Assembly: GCA_026397855.1 (NCBI GenBank)
Contig: JAPLUA010000264.1
Coordinates: forward strand, 1-63,701
Direction: 5' to 3'
From: Verrucomicrobiota bacterium
Lineage (GTDB): Bacteria > Verrucomicrobiota > Verrucomicrobiia > Limisphaerales > UBA8199
DNA length: 63,701 nucleotides
Part shown: positions 1 to 10,266 of the stretch, piece after piece
Layout: the number at the start of each line of letters is the position of its first letter
How positions within the stretch are numbered: position 1 is the stretch's first letter
The notes under the pieces: generated by a model
What the model saw: only the letters and a program-made list of their open reading frames with translations
The model's database searches: none
What the model was told of the DNA's origin: nothing
Translations under genes and position numbers: made by a program

Positions 1-19
1 CCCCCCCGAAAGGAATGTC

Positions 20-63
20 GAAACGACCTTGAAACGACCTTGAAACGACCTTGAAACGACCTT
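20..63. repeat. perfect 11-bp tandem repeat (GAAACGACCTT) x4
   Basis: Read directly: copies at 20-30, 31-41, 42-52 and 53-63. Lies 3' of the minus-strand oxidoreductase gene at the window edge. Confidence 0.9.
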
Positions 64-281
64 GCTACCACGGAGAGTCTATGGCGGGCTTACGGTGGCT
101 GGATAACGGGGAGCGGACACGAATGTCCACGCTCCGATGACCCGGCGTGGTGGTTTTGAAATAGGCCAGGATGCGCACCGGTGCCCTGGGGAGGGGGAGG
201 GCGCCGTGGTCGGCCTGACGGCTGAGGCGGTGAGGGCGATACCAGGTTTCGGATGCCGGGATTTGATCGCCACCTCTATGC

Positions 282-1472
282 TCAGCCGAGGCTGTAATCT
301 TTGCTCGCGCCGGCGCCGAGCTGGGCAACCACCAATTGGTGCAGATCCACCGGTTTCCCGTGGGTGACGCCGGCGGGCGACTTTGCGCCCTCGGCGAGGC
401 TCTTCTCCGCGCCTTCGAGCACCAGCGTGGTGTAGAAGCCGAGGGTCATCGGATTGAAAGCTGCCTCGCGCGCGGCTGCGGAGAGGGTGCCATTGCGCAG
501 CGCCAGGATCTGCTGGTAGAGCCGGCCCGGGCTGCTGATGCCGTAACCGGTCACCGTCTTGTCTTTCTCAAAGTTCCGGAAGAGGGGGTTGATCTCGACA
601 AGGCCATCCGCGTGAACTTCGCGCAGGCCCGGCGTGTCGAGGCCCAGGTCAATCAGCCCGTCGGAGCAGATCATGCGGCTGGATTGGACGGTGATGGATT
701 GCGCGGTGTTCGGTATGGCCCAGCCGGTGATGATGTGCGCCAGCGCGCCGGTCTCAAACTGAATCTCCGTGTCCACCAGGTCGTAGCCGTTCACGGGGAT
801 CGGCCGCAGTGACGGCAGCTTTTGTGAGTAGCCCGTGGCCCGGACCTGCACCGGGATGAGATTGACGATCTTCATCAGCGCGTCGGCCATGTGCACCGTG
901 AGGAACGATACGGGCGTATTCTTCTCCGCAAAATCCGGCGTGGCGAAGAATCGCGGCGAGTGGTTCGGGTCCACGACGAACAGCTTGTCCAGCATGTAGA
1001 AGACGGCCGTTTGGAGCGTGCCGTAGCGGCCGCTCTGGAAGCGCGCCTCGGCTTCCTTGATGCGCGGATCCTCGCGCTTATGAAAATCAATGCCCAGAAA
1101 GCGGCCGGTCTTCCGTGCGGCCTGGATCATTGCGTGCGCGTCCTTGACCGTCGCCGCCGTTGGCTTGGGCACCACCACGTCCAGGCCGGCATTCAACGCA
1201 TCCACCGTTGGCTGGCAATGCAGGTGGTCGGGAGTATTGATCTGGACGGCATCGAGCTTCACCTTCGTCAGGAGATCCTGGTAGTTGGCAAAGCGATTCT
1301 CGGCGGGAACGCCCGCGAGGTCGCAGAACCAGTTGCGGTATTGCTCGTTCGGATCTGCCACGGCGCAGATTTCGAGCAGGTCGGAGTAATGACTATGGAA
1401 GTAGAGATGCTGGTAAATCTCGCGAACGACGGCACCGACGCCGATGATGCCAAGGCGGAGTTTTTGCTTCAT
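282..1472 (-). CDS. Gfo/Idh/MocA-family NAD(P)-dependent oxidoreductase
   Basis: 396-aa ORF. N-terminal Rossmann segment 'LRLGIIGVGAVVREIY'; family-typical length and architecture. Confidence 0.8.
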   Translation of the reverse strand: MKQKLRLGIIGVGAVVREIYQHLYFHSHYSDLLEICAVADPNEQYRNWFCDLAGVPAENRFANYQDLLTKVKLDAVQINTPDHLHCQPTVDALNAGLDVVVPKPTAATVKDAHAMIQAARKTGRFLGIDFHKREDPRIKEAEARFQSGRYGTLQTAVFYMLDKLFVVDPNHSPRFFATPDFAEKNTPVSFLTVHMADALMKIVNLIPVQVRATGYSQKLPSLRPIPVNGYDLVDTEIQFETGALAHIITGWAIPNTAQSITVQSSRMICSDGLIDLGLDTPGLREVHADGLVEINPLFRNFEKDKTVTGYGISSPGRLYQQILALRNGTLSAAAREAAFNPMTLGFYTTLVLEGAEKSLAEGAKSPAGVTHGKPVDLHQLVVAQLGAGASKDYSLG

Positions 1473-1504
1473 GTCAGGATAATAGTTTCAGGGATCGGTA
1501 AAGT

Positions 1505-3325
1505 TCAGGTGAGAGTTCCGGTTTGCCGGAGGAGGAACAGGGCGAGGAATTCGGCTGCGGAGCGGATTTCGTCCAGCGTGATCTGCTCCTGGTCGGAGTG
1601 CGCGTAGGCCAGTTGGCCGGGGCCGAAGGTCAGCACCTGCATGGCCGGATACTCGGTGGCAAACAGGCGGGCGTCGCAGGAGACGGTCCATCCCAGCACC
1701 GGCTTGTCTTTCCACAGCCCGCAGGACTTGGCCGCGGCGACCGCGTTCCGGACCGTGGGCGAATCCGGGTCGCCATCGAAGGCCACGTTGTGCAGCTTCT
1801 CGTAGGTCACCGTAAGCACATCCTCGCCCCGCTCCGGCCGCCCGGCCTGGCGCAGGTAGTTCTCGGTGCCACGCTGCGCGGCCCGGCGCAGGCGGTCCAT
1901 GACTTCGGTGATCTTATGCGTGGGAAGGAATCCCTGCCCGCCTTCGAGGATCAGGGTGTCGCCCACCGGCTTGCCGCCGAGTTCGAGGTGAACAGGGCGG
2001 CCGGTGAGGGATTGCAGCCGGGCTTTGGAGCGGACCAGGCTGCGGACCAGGTGGGCCATCTTGGTGATGGCCCCGTCTCGTTCCCGGATGGCGCCCATGT
2101 GGCCGGTTGCGCCATGCACCTCGACCTTGAAGCCTTTGCTTTCGCGCCGGAGATCGTAGTGCCGCGCGACCAGGGGTTTGCCGGTCGAAGGGTCCGCCAC
2201 CTGGGTCTTGTCGCCGTAAAGGCCCACGTAGCCAGCCAGGCCGGTTTCCAGGCAATCCTGGACCAGCGCCTCGGCTGCGGCATCCGGCTTGCCGCCGAGT
2301 CCGATGTTGAAGCTGACTTCCCCGCAGATGCGGCTGGGGTGTTCGCCGAAGGGGCCGATGATGCCGTGGCAGGTCTGAACCGGCCGTTGGGGAAAGAGCT
2401 TGTGCCGGCTCTCGGTGCGAATGGCCGCGCCTTCCTTCTCCATCTCCTCGTTGGCAAAGGCGAAGATTTCGAGGGGCGAAACGTCCTGCAACCCTTTCAG
2501 GCTGGCGCGATACCAGACGGCGCCGCGGTTGGCGGGATAATACTTCAGCCCGGTGCATTCGCAGACCAGGATGCTGTCGTAAAGCTTCTTCAGGTCGCGA
2601 TCTATGGCGAGCGAGAGTGAGCCGTTGCCGCCGGTCTCTTCCTCAACCACCAGCATGGTCACGACGTTCCGGTTCCACTTCAGGCCGGCCCCGGCCATGA
2701 CCTCGGAAAGGACCCTGAGCGCGGCGACGATGCTGACGACCGGCCCCTTGTCATCGCAGGCGCCCCGGCCATGGACAGTTCCGCCCTTGGCGCGTGGCGG
2801 GAAATACGGCGCGACAACGTCAATGTGAGCGTTCAGCGCCACGGATTGCCCGGCATCGCCGGCGTCGGCGCCGGGAGCGATGTAGAGAAGGTTGCTCCGG
2901 TTGGCGTAGGTTTCCTCGGGCGAGAGCCCCTGGGGCTGCCGGGCGGTCTTGGTAAAATGCAGCAGGGAATAATTCGGATGGGCCTGGATGGCGGGGTTGA
3001 CTGGCCGGCGTTCGAGTCGTGCGCCCGGGAAGGGCAGGGTGCCGAGTTCTCTTTCAAGAATGCGAAAACATTCGCCCTCAGCCGCCTGCATCTGCCGCAC
3101 ATTCGGTCCCGGGGTTGTGTCAATCCGGCAAAGTTCGACCAGCAGATCCCGTATATAGCGCGCAAAGCTCGCGCTCCGGGTCCGGGCGAGGATTTCGCGG
3201 GCGATGCGGGACTGGGCCTGGCTGGCGGGAGCCGTGCGGGGATTGGATGCCTTGGGCTGGCGCGGACTGCGCCGGGGTTCGGTTCGTTTGGCGGGCATGG
3301 GTTTTGCGGGTGGTTGCAACTGCAA
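1505..3325 (-). CDS. M20-family metallopeptidase (ArgE/DapE-like deacylase) with a basic N-terminal extension
   Basis: 606-aa ORF with M20 metal-ligand motifs 'NAHIDVV', 'GRGACDDKGP' and 'VVEEETGGNGS'. Start uncertain: the first ~50 aa are Pro/Arg-rich. Confidence 0.75.
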   Translation of the reverse strand: MQLQPPAKPMPAKRTEPRRSPRQPKASNPRTAPASQAQSRIAREILARTRSASFARYIRDLLVELCRIDTTPGPNVRQMQAAEGECFRILERELGTLPFPGARLERRPVNPAIQAHPNYSLLHFTKTARQPQGLSPEETYANRSNLLYIAPGADAGDAGQSVALNAHIDVVAPYFPPRAKGGTVHGRGACDDKGPVVSIVAALRVLSEVMAGAGLKWNRNVVTMLVVEEETGGNGSLSLAIDRDLKKLYDSILVCECTGLKYYPANRGAVWYRASLKGLQDVSPLEIFAFANEEMEKEGAAIRTESRHKLFPQRPVQTCHGIIGPFGEHPSRICGEVSFNIGLGGKPDAAAEALVQDCLETGLAGYVGLYGDKTQVADPSTGKPLVARHYDLRRESKGFKVEVHGATGHMGAIRERDGAITKMAHLVRSLVRSKARLQSLTGRPVHLELGGKPVGDTLILEGGQGFLPTHKITEVMDRLRRAAQRGTENYLRQAGRPERGEDVLTVTYEKLHNVAFDGDPDSPTVRNAVAAAKSCGLWKDKPVLGWTVSCDARLFATEYPAMQVLTFGPGQLAYAHSDQEQITLDEIRSAAEFLALFLLRQTGTLT

Positions 3326-3525
3326 TTACTCATCGAGACAAGCCACGAATTGGCTGCCCCGGCTGAACTGCGAGGCGTGGGCAGGCTAGCAAACGACAAT
3401 CGGGTGTCAAGGGTCACCCGATGACAATCAGGTGCATGGACTCGGGCAGATTTGCGGCGACGCGGGCGACGATGTTGCCTTTCAGCAGGTCAACGAGAGC
3501 CTTTTCAAAATGACTGAAATAGTTG

Positions 3526-3553
3526 TTGCATCCCGGTTGCGGCTTGTTATATT
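3526..3553 (+). promoter_or_regulatory. candidate sigma70-type promoter of rpsL-rpsG (TTGCAT-N16-TATATT)
   Basis: TTGCAT at 3526-3531, 16-nt spacer, TATATT at 3548-3553, about 45 nt upstream of the rpsL ATG. Confidence 0.5.
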
Positions 3554-3597
3554 CCGCTTCCCGTTTGCCCAAAAGGGGCAGGGGAATCAAACGCGAA

Positions 3598-4014
3598 ATG
3601 CCGACAATTAATCAATTGGTCCGTAAGGGCCGCTGTAAACTGAAGCACAAGTCCAAGTCACCTGCCTTGGAGAACTCCCCGTTTCGTCGGGGCGTTTGTA
3701 TCCAGGTCATGACCCGCACCCCCAAGAAGCCGAATTCGGCCATGCGGAAGGTGGCCAAGGTGCGCCTGACGAACGGGCATGAAATCATTGCCTATATCCC
3801 GGACGAGGGTCACAACTTGCAGGAACACTCTATCGTTCTGGTGCGCGGGGGCCGCGTGAAGGATTTGCCGGGCGTTCGCTACCACATCGTGCGGGGGACC
3901 CTTGATGCTGCCGGGGTCGAGAAGCGCCGCGTGAGCCGGTCGAAGTATGGCGTGAAACGGCCCAAGCCCGGCACCAAGCCGGCCGCAGCCGCAGCCGCAG
4001 CGCCGGCAGCCTGA
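3598..4014 (+). CDS. rpsL: 30S ribosomal protein S12
   Basis: '[12 protein letters not shown]...[19 protein letters not shown]...[19 protein letters not shown]' is unmistakable. The true ATG at 3598 lies inside the TTG-started ORF 3523-4014. Ala-rich C-terminal tail. Confidence 0.97.
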   Translation: MPTINQLVRKGRCKLKHKSKSPALENSPFRRGVCIQVMTRTPKKPNSAMRKVAKVRLTNGHEIIAYIPDEGHNLQEHSIVLVRGGRVKDLPGVRYHIVRGTLDAAGVEKRRVSRSKYGVKRPKPGTKPAAAAAAAPAA

Positions 4015-4069
4015 GGCACCAACCCTATTCGTTTAATCCCATTTAACATCTTAAAGATTTAGCAAACAC

Positions 4070-4543
4070 ATGTCGCGACGTCGTCGAGCAGTCAGTCGGC
4101 CGGTTCCCAAGGATGCAAAATTCAACAGCGCGTTGGTGACGCGCCTGGTGAACACGGTCATGAAAGGCGGTAACAAGAGTGTGGCGCAGCGGATTGTCTA
4201 TGGCGCCTTTGACGAACTGGTGGCCAAGAATCCGGCAACCAGTCCGCTCGAAGTCCTTCAACGGGCCGTGGACAACGCCAAGCCGCGCCTGGAAGTCAAA
4301 GCCCGCCGGGTTGGCGGCGCGACCTACCAGGTTCCGTTGGAAGTGCCGACGGACCGGCAGTTCTCGCTGGCGCTGCGCTGGCTGGTGGATTATGCCGATG
4401 CGCGCAAGGGTGTCCCGATGAAGGAAGCCCTCGCCGCGGAGATTGTGGAGGCCTACCAGGGGCAGGGGAACGCGATCCGCAAGCGTGACGAAGTGCACAA
4501 GATGGCTCAGGCCAACAAGGCATTTGCACATTTCCGCTGGTAA
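4070..4543 (+). CDS. rpsG: 30S ribosomal protein S7
   Basis: 157 aa; 'MSRRRRA...GNKSVAQRIVYGAFD...VEVKARRVGGATYQVP...AFAHFRW'. Confidence 0.97.
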   Translation: MSRRRRAVSRPVPKDAKFNSALVTRLVNTVMKGGNKSVAQRIVYGAFDELVAKNPATSPLEVLQRAVDNAKPRLEVKARRVGGATYQVPLEVPTDRQFSLALRWLVDYADARKGVPMKEALAAEIVEAYQGQGNAIRKRDEVHKMAQANKAFAHFRW

Positions 4544-4557
4544 GACACTTTAGATCA

Positions 4558-4598
4558 ACGCCCCGAAGGCCGACCTTGACCCGGGGCGTTTTTATTTT
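4558..4598 (+). terminator. rho-independent terminator/attenuator-like hairpin between rpsG and fusA
   Basis: Stem ACGCCCCG (4558-4565) pairs with CGGGGCGT (4582-4589). It is followed by TTTTTATTTT (4589-4598). Confidence 0.55.
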
Positions 4599-4612
4599 AA
4601 CCCGAACCTCAG

Positions 4613-6802
4613 ATGGACATAGCACAGGAAACAAAGAAACCGGCAAAAGCCAAAGCGACGGGACCCCAGCGGCAGTACCCGATGGACCGGACGCGCAACA
4701 TTGGCATCGCCGCGCATATTGACGCCGGCAAGACGACTACGACCGAGCGCATCCTCTTTTACACCGGCCTCATCCATAAAATGGGCGACGTGGACGACGG
4801 CAACACCGTCACGGACTGGATGGAGCAGGAGCGGGAGCGCGGCATCACCATCACTTCGGCTGCAACCACCTGCTACTGGACCCAAAAGGAAGATGGCACC
4901 TACAAGACCTTCCAGAGCGTGCCGCACCGGATCAACATCATTGATACGCCCGGGCACGTGGACTTCACCGCCGAAGTCGAACGTTCCATGCGCGTCCTCG
5001 ACGGTGCGGTCGCGGTGTTCTGTGGCGTGGCGGGCGTGCAGCCCCAATCTGAAACCGTCTGGCGCCAGGCGACCAAGTACAAGGTGCCCCGCATCGCATT
5101 CGTCAATAAAATGGACCGCACGGGCGCGAACTTCGAGAATGCGCTCAGCGACATGCGCAAGAAGTTGGGCGCGTATGCTTACCCGATTTTCCTGCCCATT
5201 GGCAAAGAGGACCACTTCGATGGCGTTATTGACGTCGTGAACCAAAAGGCCATTGCCTACGACCCTGCCGACGAGGTTGGCCTCAAATACAGCATTACGG
5301 ACATCCCGGAGGAGCTGAAAGAATCCGCGAAGGCCGCCTTGGCGGAATTGGTGGACGCGGTCTCGAACAAGGACGACACGGTCGCCGAGCTGGTCATTGA
5401 CAACAAGCCGATCACGCCGCAGATCCTGAAGGCGGCGATCCGGCGATTGACGTGCAAGATCGAGCTGGTGCCCGTGCTGTGCGGTTCCGCGTTCAAGAAG
5501 CGTGGCGTCCAGCCGCTGGTGGACGCGGTGATTGATTACCTGCCCTCCCCACTCGATGTGCCCCCGCCGGTCGGCATGGTGCCCGGCACTGAAGACACGG
5601 TTGTAGTTCCCTCCGACGACGACGCTAAGTTCTGTTCGCTTGCATTCAAGCTCTGGACCGATCCCTACGTCGGCAAACTGGTCTTCTTTCGCGTGTATAG
5701 CGGCAGGCTCAGCAAGGGCGATATCATTTACAATCCGCGCACCCGCAAGCGTGATCGCGTCAGCCGGGTTCTGATGATTCAAGCCGACAAGCGCATTGAT
5801 GTGGAGACGACCTTCTCTGGCGACATTGCCGCACTGGTGGGCTTGAGGAACATCACCACCGGCGACACGCTCTGCGACGAGGATTTCGAGGTTCTGCTCG
5901 AACCGCCCACCTTCCCCGAGCCCGTTATCTCCATGGCGGTCGAGCCCAAGACCAAGGCGGATCGCGAGAAGATGGGCGAGGGCTTGCAGCGTCTGGCCGA
6001 GGAAGATCCGACCTTCCGTTGTTTCACCAACGAAGAGACGGGCCAGCTCATCATTGCCGGCATGGGTGAGTTGCACCTGGAAATCATCCGGGACCGCCTG
6101 TTCCGTGAGTTCAAGGTCAGCGCCAACGCGGGCGCCCCGCAAATCGCCTACCGCGAGACGGTGACCAAGGCTGCCGAGGGCGAGGGCAAGTTTATTCGCC
6201 AATCCGGCGGTCGCGGCCAATATGGCCATGCCTGCATTACTTTGGCCCCGAACGAACGCGGCAAAGGCGTTGAAATCGAGAACAAGATCGTGGGCGGCAC
6301 GATTCCCAAGGAGTACATCCCGGCGGTCATTGACGGCGTCGAAGAAGCCATTAAGGGCGGCGTGCTTGCGGGCTACCCGGTGGTGGATGTGAAGGTGGCC
6401 GTTGTGGACGGTTCCTTCCATGAGGTGGACTCCAGCGAGTTGGCGTTCAAGATGGCGGGCATCTTTGCCCTGAAAGACGCGGCCAAGAAGGCCAACGCCA
6501 TTCTGCTCGAACCCATCATGAAGGTGGAAGTCACCACGCCTGATGAGTATCAGGGCGACTTGCTGGGTGACCTGAACCGGCGCCGGGGCAAGATCGTGCA
6601 AATCGAGGCCAAGGATGCCACGACCATTCTATGCGCCGAGGTGCCTCTGGCTGAGATGTTTGGCTACGCCACCGCGATTCGCTCCCTGTCGAAAGGCCGG
6701 GCTGCGTATTCGATGGAGCCGTTCCGGTTCGAGCCGGTGCCCAACAGCATCGTGGCCGGCATCCTGGACCTGAATAAAGGCAAGCCCGCGGCCCGCGCCT
6801 AA
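4613..6802 (+). CDS. fusA: translation elongation factor G
   Basis: 729 aa; '[25 protein letters not shown]', 'DTPGHVDFT', 'NKMDR'. An alternative, more canonical start is at 4682 (MDRTRNIG). Confidence 0.95.
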   Translation: MDIAQETKKPAKAKATGPQRQYPMDRTRNIGIAAHIDAGKTTTTERILFYTGLIHKMGDVDDGNTVTDWMEQERERGITITSAATTCYWTQKEDGTYKTFQSVPHRINIIDTPGHVDFTAEVERSMRVLDGAVAVFCGVAGVQPQSETVWRQATKYKVPRIAFVNKMDRTGANFENALSDMRKKLGAYAYPIFLPIGKEDHFDGVIDVVNQKAIAYDPADEVGLKYSITDIPEELKESAKAALAELVDAVSNKDDTVAELVIDNKPITPQILKAAIRRLTCKIELVPVLCGSAFKKRGVQPLVDAVIDYLPSPLDVPPPVGMVPGTEDTVVVPSDDDAKFCSLAFKLWTDPYVGKLVFFRVYSGRLSKGDIIYNPRTRKRDRVSRVLMIQADKRIDVETTFSGDIAALVGLRNITTGDTLCDEDFEVLLEPPTFPEPVISMAVEPKTKADREKMGEGLQRLAEEDPTFRCFTNEETGQLIIAGMGELHLEIIRDRLFREFKVSANAGAPQIAYRETVTKAAEGEGKFIRQSGGRGQYGHACITLAPNERGKGVEIENKIVGGTIPKEYIPAVIDGVEEAIKGGVLAGYPVVDVKVAVVDGSFHEVDSSELAFKMAGIFALKDAAKKANAILLEPIMKVEVTTPDEYQGDLLGDLNRRRGKIVQIEAKDATTILCAEVPLAEMFGYATAIRSLSKGRAAYSMEPFRFEPVPNSIVAGILDLNKGKPAARA

Positions 6803-6812
6803 GCGCTTCTTT

Positions 6813-6838
6813 CCGTCAATACGCTATCGTATTGACGG
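6813..6838 (+). terminator. hairpin just 3' of fusA (possible terminator, no U-tract)
   Basis: 11-bp perfect stem CCGTCAATACG / CGTATTGACGG with a 4-nt loop, 11 nt after the fusA stop. Confidence 0.4.
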
Positions 6839-6867
6839 GATCAGCATGCTGGCGGTTCGGGCTCGTA

Positions 6868-7040
6868 GCGCAGATTTGAAATCGGCAGAGCTTCCTGCGC
6901 ATTCAAGCTCGTCCGAACTGGGGGAGGTCAGCAGGTTGAAAACCTGCGATACGGCAGACTTCAAGTCTGCGTTACGGCGCCGGGGTTGGAGTAACACAGA
7001 TTTACAATCTGCTGTATCGCCGATTTCGAATCGGCAGGAT
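6868..7040. repeat. cluster of REP-like short hairpins (consensus GCAGNYT-N3-ARNCTGC followed by G(A/T)TAC)
   Basis: Perfect 6-7-bp stems at 6931-6947, 6954-6970, 6997-7011 and 7019-7035, plus an imperfect one near 6871-6887. Confidence 0.8.
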
Positions 7041-7089
7041 GTTCGATATTGCTACCGTCTTGAGACTGTCCGAGAGTTTGCTCCCGGTC

Positions 7090-7869
7090 CTACCGGTCCC
7101 CTGGAAGGGCTGAGGTCCCATTTATCGGCAGTTCGCTCCGGAAGTGAACTCTGACGGGATACTTCTTCCCGTCGGCGAAGGAACTCGCCAGCCAGTTGTG
7201 CACAAAGGCTTCGGTTTGCTTTCTACCGGTTTCCCGCACCAGACCGGTGTTCTGCTGCGCCTTCCGGGTCGCCATCCAGGTGATGGACTGTTTGAGGGCA
7301 TCCATGGCCTGGCGCGTGTCGCGAATCAGGCTGTCCTGCTTGACTTCGTAAGTGATGCGGGAGGCGTCCACTGCGGGCTTGTTGAACTTGATGTCGGGGG
7401 CAATCACGGTAATCGTGCCATCCTTAAGCTCGAATTCCCACTTGTCTTTCAGGTCCAGGTAGTAGGTATAGGTCACCGGCGCATTGGCTTCGACGATCAC
7501 ATCCGGGAGCGGAATGTAGCCAAAGCCGGTGCTCGCCTGGTCGGTGCGGCGGAAACGCTCTTCCTGGGAGAGGGTTGCAAACTGAAGGAACTGGTTGCCG
7601 CTCACGGAGGTTGCGTAGCTGGTGAATGTGGTGGTGATCGTGCATTGGGTGAAGGCGGCGGCGACGTCCGCAAGGCGTTTGCCAATTTTGTCTGCGGCCT
7701 GGCCGGCCTTGTCAATCGTCTCCCCCGGCAGGTCGCGGCAGGACTTGAAGACATAAACCCCGGCGGCAACGAGCAGAAAGACGCTGACCATCCAGGCGAC
7801 CGGCCAGGCCCATGTGCTTCCTGGCTGGGCGGGCTGGCCATCCTGATTGGAATCGCCTGGTGTGCTCAT
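7090..7869 (-). CDS. membrane-anchored hypothetical protein (DUF4230-like by my recollection)
   Basis: 259 aa with one N-terminal TM helix 'WPVAWMVSVFLLVAAGVYVF'. Last gene of the minus-strand unit with the two genes upstream. Confidence 0.55.
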   Translation of the reverse strand: MSTPGDSNQDGQPAQPGSTWAWPVAWMVSVFLLVAAGVYVFKSCRDLPGETIDKAGQAADKIGKRLADVAAAFTQCTITTTFTSYATSVSGNQFLQFATLSQEERFRRTDQASTGFGYIPLPDVIVEANAPVTYTYYLDLKDKWEFELKDGTITVIAPDIKFNKPAVDASRITYEVKQDSLIRDTRQAMDALKQSITWMATRKAQQNTGLVRETGRKQTEAFVHNWLASSFADGKKYPVRVHFRSELPINGTSALPGDR

Positions 7870-7933
7870 GAAAGCCGTGATGGCGCGAACTCACCGCATA
7901 AAGGCGCAATGCCCTTGATGCGCGCGGGCGGCG

Positions 7934-8995
7934 CTACCCGTAACTCGCGCCAGCTTCAACCGGCAGCACGCGGCCGGTGCGCGCGGATTCGTAGCACGCA
8001 GCGAGTAATTTTTGGCTGTGCAGGCCGATGTCCGAGCTGAGCGGATTGGGTTCGCCTTCAATCAGCGCGGCGCTGAAGGCTTCGATTTCGGCGCGGTACA
8101 TGTTCCCGGGCTCGGGGGTGATGCTAAGGCCGCCGCCGGCGGACCGTGCCTGCTGGGCGGCGTAGCCCGCGTCGTCGGCCTGCAAGTAAGCGGTCATGGC
8201 GCCCTGGCTGCCCTGGCCGATAGTGCCGCTGGCCAGGATGCTGCCCTTGGAACCATAAAGCTCGAGGACGTTCTTGCTGCTGGCGTCCTGGATGCAGAAG
8301 AACGTGTCCACGGTGCCGAGCGCGCCGTTGGCAAAGTCGAGGAGCACCGCGGCGCTGTCCTCGCTGGTATAGCCTTGAACCGCGTTGCGGGTGAAGCAAC
8401 TGACTCGTGTGACGGGGCCGAAGAACATTTCCAGCAGGTCAATGCAGTGGCTGCCCATGTCAATGAGCGAGCCGCCGCCGCCCAGGGCCGGATCCTGCCG
8501 CCAGGCATTGGGGATGGGCGGATACCAGCAGGACAGCTGGGCGCGCGCATAGACGGGCTTCCCGAGCTGGCCGTCCCGGATCATCCTGGCTGCCGCCTGG
8601 TGCTGGGTCTGGAACCGCATCATGAATGCGGTGCCAAACTGGACGCGCGCCTGCCGGCAGGCGGCGACCATGGCCTCGGCCTCCGCTACTGTGCGCCCGA
8701 GCGATTTTTCGCAGAGCACGTGTTTGCCCGCCCGCGCGCAGGCCAGGACTTGCTCCTGGTGAGTATGCACGGGGCTGGCGATATAGACAGCGTCAATGTC
8801 CGCCGCCAGCAATGCCTCGATGCTATCGGCTGCCACAGCGCCAAACTCTTTGGCCACCTCCTTGTTGACAGCCGCGCTGGCGTCCTGCACTGCGACCAGG
8901 TGGGCATTGCGTGCGGGAACGAAGCCTTCGGGAATGGTGCGGCGCCGGGCGATGCCGCCGGAGCCGATCACCCCCCATTTGATGCGGGTCTTCAT
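7934..8995 (-). CDS. Gfo/Idh/MocA-family oxidoreductase (sugar dehydrogenase-like)
   Basis: True start 'MKTRIKWGVIGSGGIARRR' at 8995; the ORF track's 7934-9343 extension is spurious. ATGA start/stop overlap with the upstream aminotransferase gene. Confidence 0.85.
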   Translation of the reverse strand: MKTRIKWGVIGSGGIARRRTIPEGFVPARNAHLVAVQDASAAVNKEVAKEFGAVAADSIEALLAADIDAVYIASPVHTHQEQVLACARAGKHVLCEKSLGRTVAEAEAMVAACRQARVQFGTAFMMRFQTQHQAAARMIRDGQLGKPVYARAQLSCWYPPIPNAWRQDPALGGGGSLIDMGSHCIDLLEMFFGPVTRVSCFTRNAVQGYTSEDSAAVLLDFANGALGTVDTFFCIQDASSKNVLELYGSKGSILASGTIGQGSQGAMTAYLQADDAGYAAQQARSAGGGLSITPEPGNMYRAEIEAFSAALIEGEPNPLSSDIGLHSQKLLAACYESARTGRVLPVEAGASYG

Positions 8996-10266
8996 TTCGA
9001 GTAGGTCTGCATAACCTTGAGGATGGCGTTGGCGATTTGCTCCATGTCCGATTCGGTGTAGGTCGGGAAAGCGAAACAGGTGAAGGTGTGAGCTTCGTGC
9101 CAGCGGGCGTTGGGAACGTCCACATGGCTGTAGTCCACGCTGGCCGGGTCGGCATACTCCTTTGACTTGAAGGGAAACCCGGTATGGCCAAAGGCGTTCT
9201 GCTCCTGGAACGCGCGTTCGGTGTGGCACTGCGGCCAGAACACCTTCCAGACCGGGGCGCCTTCGGCGCTCACGGCGGAGACGAACTCCTTGATGTTGCA
9301 CCGCATGTTTTCGACATCCAACGAGAAGGCCAGGACAAACCATCCATTCTGCCGTTCAGGCGTGTCAATGGGAGCGCACTTGATCAGCTTCGACGACTTG
9401 AGGGCGTTGATCAGGATATGGGCATTGCGCTTGCGCCGCGGCATGTTCCAGGTCTCCATCCGTTCCAGCTCCGCCAGGCCGATCGCCGACTGCATTTCCG
9501 TCATGCGATAGTTCCAGCCGACCATGTTGTGGATGTAGGGGAGCTTCTGCTCAAGCTCCAGCAGGCTGAGCCGCTGCTTGACGTCGTAGCCGTGGTCCCG
9601 GAAGCTGCGCGCCTTCCAGGCCAGGTCCTCGTCGTCGGTCGTTACCATGCCGCCTTCGCCGCCGGTGGTGAAAGTCTTGTTCTGGCAGAAGCTGCAGCCG
9701 GCCATGTCGCTGAGGGTGCCGGTCTTTTTGCCCTTGTAGGAGCCGCCAAAGGCCTCGGCGTTGTCCTCGATGACGAACAGGTTGTGCCGTTTGGCGAACG
9801 CCCGGATCTTGTCCATGTCGCAGACGTTCCCGTAGAGGTGGACAGGCATGACGGCCTTGGTGCGCGGGGTGACCAGCTTCTCGGCCGACTCGACGCTCAG
9901 GCAATGGTCGTCGAGGTTCACATCGGCAAAGCGCGGGATGGCGCCGGCCTGGACGACGGAGAAGCTCGATGCAATGAATGTGTAGCTCGGCACAATGACT
10001 TCATCCCCGGGCCCGATGCCGAGGGAGTTGAGGGCGACGTGCAGGGCGGCCGTGCCGGTGGCAACGCTGATGGCGTATTTGCTGCCCTGCCACTCGGCGA
10101 ATTGCTTCTCGAATTCCATGCCCCGCTTGCCGGTCCAGTAGTTTACCTTGCCGGAGCGCAGGACCGACTCGACCGCCTTGATGGCGTTTTCGTCGAATTG
10201 GGGCCAGCCCTGCAGCTTGTTGGTGACGGCCTTTGGGCCGCCGTTAATCGCCAGTTCTATGCTCAT
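8992..10266 (-). CDS. DegT/DnrJ/EryC1/StrS-family PLP-dependent (sugar) aminotransferase
   Basis: 424 aa; 'AISVATGTAALHVALNSLGIGPGDEVIVPSYTFIAS', 'SFCQNKTFTTGEGGMV' (PLP Lys region). Confidence 0.85.
   Translation of the reverse strand: MSIELAINGGPKAVTNKLQGWPQFDENAIKAVESVLRSGKVNYWTGKRGMEFEKQFAEWQGSKYAISVATGTAALHVALNSLGIGPGDEVIVPSYTFIASSFSVVQAGAIPRFADVNLDDHCLSVESAEKLVTPRTKAVMPVHLYGNVCDMDKIRAFAKRHNLFVIEDNAEAFGGSYKGKKTGTLSDMAGCSFCQNKTFTTGGEGGMVTTDDEDLAWKARSFRDHGYDVKQRLSLLELEQKLPYIHNMVGWNYRMTEMQSAIGLAELERMETWNMPRRKRNAHILINALKSSKLIKCAPIDTPERQNGWFVLAFSLDVENMRCNIKEFVSAVSAEGAPVWKVFWPQCHTERAFQEQNAFGHTGFPFKSKEYADPASVDYSHVDVPNARWHEAHTFTCFAFPTYTESDMEQIANAILKVMQTYSK

Noticed and set aside
20-63. CRISPR array (also considered for 60936-60990)
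   Set aside because: The repeats are 11 bp, directly abutting with no spacers, and no cas genes are present. These are simple tandem repeats.
4592-6601. 669-aa ORF antisense to fusA
   Set aside because: It lies fully inside the unmistakable EF-G gene on the opposite strand. Composition is Arg/Gly/His-rich with no motifs, a typical GC-rich shadow ORF.
6858-6900. Possible tRNA ('GGGCTCGTAGCGCAG' resembles an acceptor/D-arm start)
   Set aside because: No D-loop GG, no anticodon stem, no T-arm (GTTCRANYC) and no matching 3' acceptor strand. The segment belongs to the REP-like hairpin array.
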